Shown here in pieces: positions 62,921 to 64,000 of a DNA stretch of 64,000 nucleotides. The notes below the pieces were generated by a model. The model saw nothing but the letters and a program-made list of their open reading frames with translations, was not told where the DNA came from and ran no database searches. The translations under genes and the position numbers were made by a program. The stretch is from Pseudomonadota bacterium. Lineage in GTDB: Bacteria > Pseudomonadota > Alphaproteobacteria > Rhizobiales > Xanthobacteraceae. The DNA lies in NCBI GenBank assembly GCA_023387695.1, contig JAEWHT010000025.1, positions 17,453 to 81,452 of the forward strand, written 5' to 3'. Within the stretch, counting starts at the first letter, position 1, and each line of letters starts with the position of its first letter.

Positions 62921-64000
62921 ATGACCCATCATTTGGCGCGAGGTCTGCTCGTTGTCGCCACGCTCGCGCTCTCCGGCTGCGCCGCTTTCTCGCCTGACAG
63001 CGGCATGACAGCTGTCTCCGAGATGACGAGCCAGACCATAAATAAAGACGTCGCCTTCGTGCGAACCGCCGAAGGCGCCGGTGCGGTCGATGCGCGCGTC
63101 CACCAACTGCTGTCGGGAACGCTAAGTGTCGAAACCGCCGTTCAGATCGCCCTGCTCAACAACAAGGGCCTGCAAGCCGCCTATAACGAGCTGGCGTTGG
63201 CCGAGACCGATCTGGTCGAGCAAAGCCTGCCGCCCAATCCGGTGTTTTCGGTCTCCCGGATCGCGGGCAATGGCGCCAGCGAGATCGAACGCCAGGTCGT
63301 CGGCGACATCCTGGCGCTAGCCACGCTGCCATTCCGCTCCGAGATCGCGCGCGAGCGCTTTCGTCAGGCGCAATTGCGCGCGGCGCTGGCGACGCTCCGG
63401 CTCGCCGCCGATGTGCGCCGCGCCCATACCCGCGCGGTTGCCGGCAACGAAATGGTGGCGCTGCTGACAGATGCGAAAGCGACAGCGGAATCGACTGCAC
63501 AGCTCGCCGTCAAGCTCGGCGAGACCGGCTCGATCAACAAGCTCGACCAGGCTCGCGAGCAGGTGTTTTACGCCGAGACCACCGCCGATCTCGCCACTGC
63601 GCATCAGGCGGCGACCAGCGCGCGTGAAAAGCTGGCTCGCTTGATGGGACTGTGGGACGACGGCCTCGACTTCCGCCTGCCCAGCGCCTTGCCGCCATTG
63701 CCACGCCGGCCGCTGGCCTTGCCCTCGATCGAGGCCGATGCGGTCGCCCATCGCATCGACCTGCAGATCGCGCGGCTGGAACTGACGGCGTTGGCGAAGT
63801 CGCTGAACCTCACCGAGGCGACCCGCTTCGTGACGCTGCTCGATCTCGCCGGCATCTCGCGTCGGACCCAGGATCCCGAAGGCGCGCCGTTCCGTGAGCG
63901 CGGCTTCGACGTGCAGTTCCAGATCCCGATCTTCGACGGCGGCGAGGTGCGGGTGCGGCAGGCGGCGGAGACCTACAATCTCGCCTTCAACCGCCTGACC
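62921..64000 (+). CDS. TolC-family outer-membrane efflux lipoprotein (CusC/CzcC-like); 3' end lies outside the window
   Basis: Not in the ORF track because it runs off the window. The ATG at 62921 follows AGGAG, and I checked that the frame is open to position 64000. Lipobox LALSGC is present. OEP-family segments include VETAVQIALLNNKGLQAAYNELALAE. Confidence 0.8.
   Translation, partial: MTHHLARGLLVVATLALSGCAAFSPDSGMTAVSEMTSQTINKDVAFVRTAEGAGAVDARVHQLLSGTLSVETAVQIALLNNKGLQAAYNELALAETDLVEQSLPPNPVFSVSRIAGNGASEIERQVVGDILALATLPFRSEIARERFRQAQLRAALATLRLAADVRRAHTRAVAGNEMVALLTDAKATAESTAQLAVKLGETGSINKLDQAREQVFYAETTADLATAHQAATSAREKLARLMGLWDDGLDFRLPSALPPLPRRPLALPSIEADAVAHRIDLQIARLELTALAKSLNLTEATRFVTLLDLAGISRRTQDPEGAPFRERGFDVQFQIPIFDGGEVRVRQAAETYNLAFNRLT

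Noticed and set aside
1-64000. Searched for tRNA/rRNA genes, integrases, transposases, phage genes and direct-repeat island borders
   Set aside because: None were recognised. Apart from a few AT-richer intergenic stretches, composition looks uniform, so I cannot support calling any part of the window a mobile element or genomic island.

Overview
GC-rich alphaproteobacterial chromosomal segment. It looks Bradyrhizobium/Nitrobacteraceae-like; this is an inference from three nested-palindrome REP-like elements and from the gene content. I read about 56 protein-coding genes. I saw no rRNA, tRNA, CRISPR array, transposase or integrase, so nothing marks the window as an obvious mobile island.

Gene content, left to right:
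- 389-7261, minus-strand run: two class III nucleotide cyclases, RidA, HutD, an orphan solute-binding protein, an amidohydrolase, aroE and a CMD-family gene.
- 8093-12854: a signal-peptide-bearing caspase(C14)-WD40 protein, a SAM methyltransferase and a long L,D-transpeptidase.
- 12855-17049: an AT-richer gap, orphan pstS, a family III CoA-transferase and a second orphan solute-binding protein.
- 17265-22187: a small polysaccharide-type locus (Wzx flippase, GT-B-like gene, Tat-exported GH10 glycanase, DxD protein).
- 22283-26538: a SAM-domain/cyclase/STAND-ATPase/TPR giant gene translationally coupled to a Pcm-like methyltransferase.
- 26675-35355: divergent from it, a 2145-aa bimodular NRPS (A-T-C-A-T-C, no TE) followed by a lysine-rich mini-ORF, an Sfp-type PPTase and an LLM flavin monooxygenase.
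- 35483-43725: an HDAC-like amidohydrolase, SMP-30 and PQQ-dehydrogenase/cytochrome c genes, a DUF6894 small-protein pair, and a gamma-glutamyltransferase flanked by two crotonases.
- 43722-51467: an amine/amino-acid catabolic block (PuuB-like oxidase, polar amino-acid ABC transporter, dadA, omega-transaminase, two XRE-cupin regulators).
- 51863-55014: a DUF1311 protein plus a second secreted caspase fused to Sel1 repeats.
- 55011-59699: a PaoABC-like molybdo-oxidoreductase trio with a divergent TetR regulator.
- 60170-64000: lspA, an MFS transporter, a His/Met-rich protein, a small lipoprotein and a TolC-family lipoprotein (truncated at the window edge).

The candidates I rate most worth follow-up are the non-canonical NRPS cluster with its embedded mini-ORF, the SAM-cyclase-STAND/methyltransferase pair, and the two exported caspase-repeat proteins. 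All functional calls rest on motifs read by eye. No database search was run.
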